In this document: in pieces, positions 63,824 to 64,000 of the stretch | How positions within the stretch are numbered: the stretch's first letter is position 1 | Layout of the letters: each line of letters starts with the position of its first letter | Origin: an uncultured candidate division WWE3 bacterium | GTDB lineage: Bacteria > Patescibacteriota > WWE3 > UBA101185 > UBA10185 | Direction of reading: 5' to 3' | Length of the DNA stretch: 64,000 nucleotides | Assembly (NCBI GenBank): GCA_963765125.1 | Contig: CAVXUZ010000005.1 | Coordinates: 361,441 to 425,440 of the forward strand | Notes under the pieces: generated by a model | Database searches by the model: none | What the model saw: only the letters and a program-made list of their open reading frames with translations | What the model was told of the DNA's origin: nothing | Position numbers and translations under genes: made by a program

Positions 63824-64000
63824 TTATGCCTCTTCGGAGTGTTCGTCTTGAACCTGTTCTTCACCATCTGCAGTTTCTTCAGTTTTCTCTTCATCCCCAG
63901 ATGCTTGTTCATCTTGAGCAAGTCTGGCATCCTCTTCGGCGGCAGCGACTTCTTGCGCTTTTTTCTCTTTTTCATCATTTAGCTCTTTGGTTGCAGCTCT
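63824..64000 (-). CDS. Acidic C-terminal tail of an upstream gene (partial; possibly nusA by position only)
   Basis: Open frame RAATKELNDE...EHSEEA ending TAATAA; no diagnostic motif visible. Confidence 0.5.
   Translation of the reverse strand, partial: RAATKELNDEKEKKAQEVAAAEEDARLAQDEQASGDEEKTEETADGEEQVQDEHSEEA

Noticed and set aside
63697-63978. 93-aa basic ORF in the track
   Set aside because: It is an alternative frame overlapping infB; the acidic frame ending at 63824 fits better

Overview
This is a low-GC chromosomal backbone segment, most likely from a Candidate Phyla Radiation (Patescibacteria) bacterium resembling Microgenomates/WWE3. That assignment is an inference from the absence of uL30 in the spc operon, a short IF2, a protease-less Lon, and tandem type IV pilins. 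The window holds rpoB-rpoC, the str/S10/spc clusters and a separately promoted infA-alpha-rplM-rpsI cluster. It also holds secA, serS, prfB, mraY, uppP, ftsK, rnj, pnp, rpsO and infB, plus envelope genes. I saw no rRNA, tRNA, CRISPR array or transposase. The most notable observation is a serS leader that reads as a complete T-box riboswitch with an ultrashort Stem I, a Ser UCC specifier, a UGGC-ACC bulge matching the G73 of tRNA-Ser, and a transcriptional terminator. Several intact genes encode probable pseudoenzymes: an RsmB/F-like protein with both catalytic Cys changed to Ser, a Mur-ligase-like protein lacking the P-loop Lys, and a DHH protein lacking DHH. Other points of interest are an L3 missing about 65 internal residues behind an attenuator-like leader, a membrane-anchored Clp ATPase without pore tyrosines, an XRE-RadC-TasA-like module, and many leaderless-type promoters. 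rpoB and rpoC carry a local cluster of single-base insertions that are most likely sequencing errors. All calls were made by eye, without database searches.
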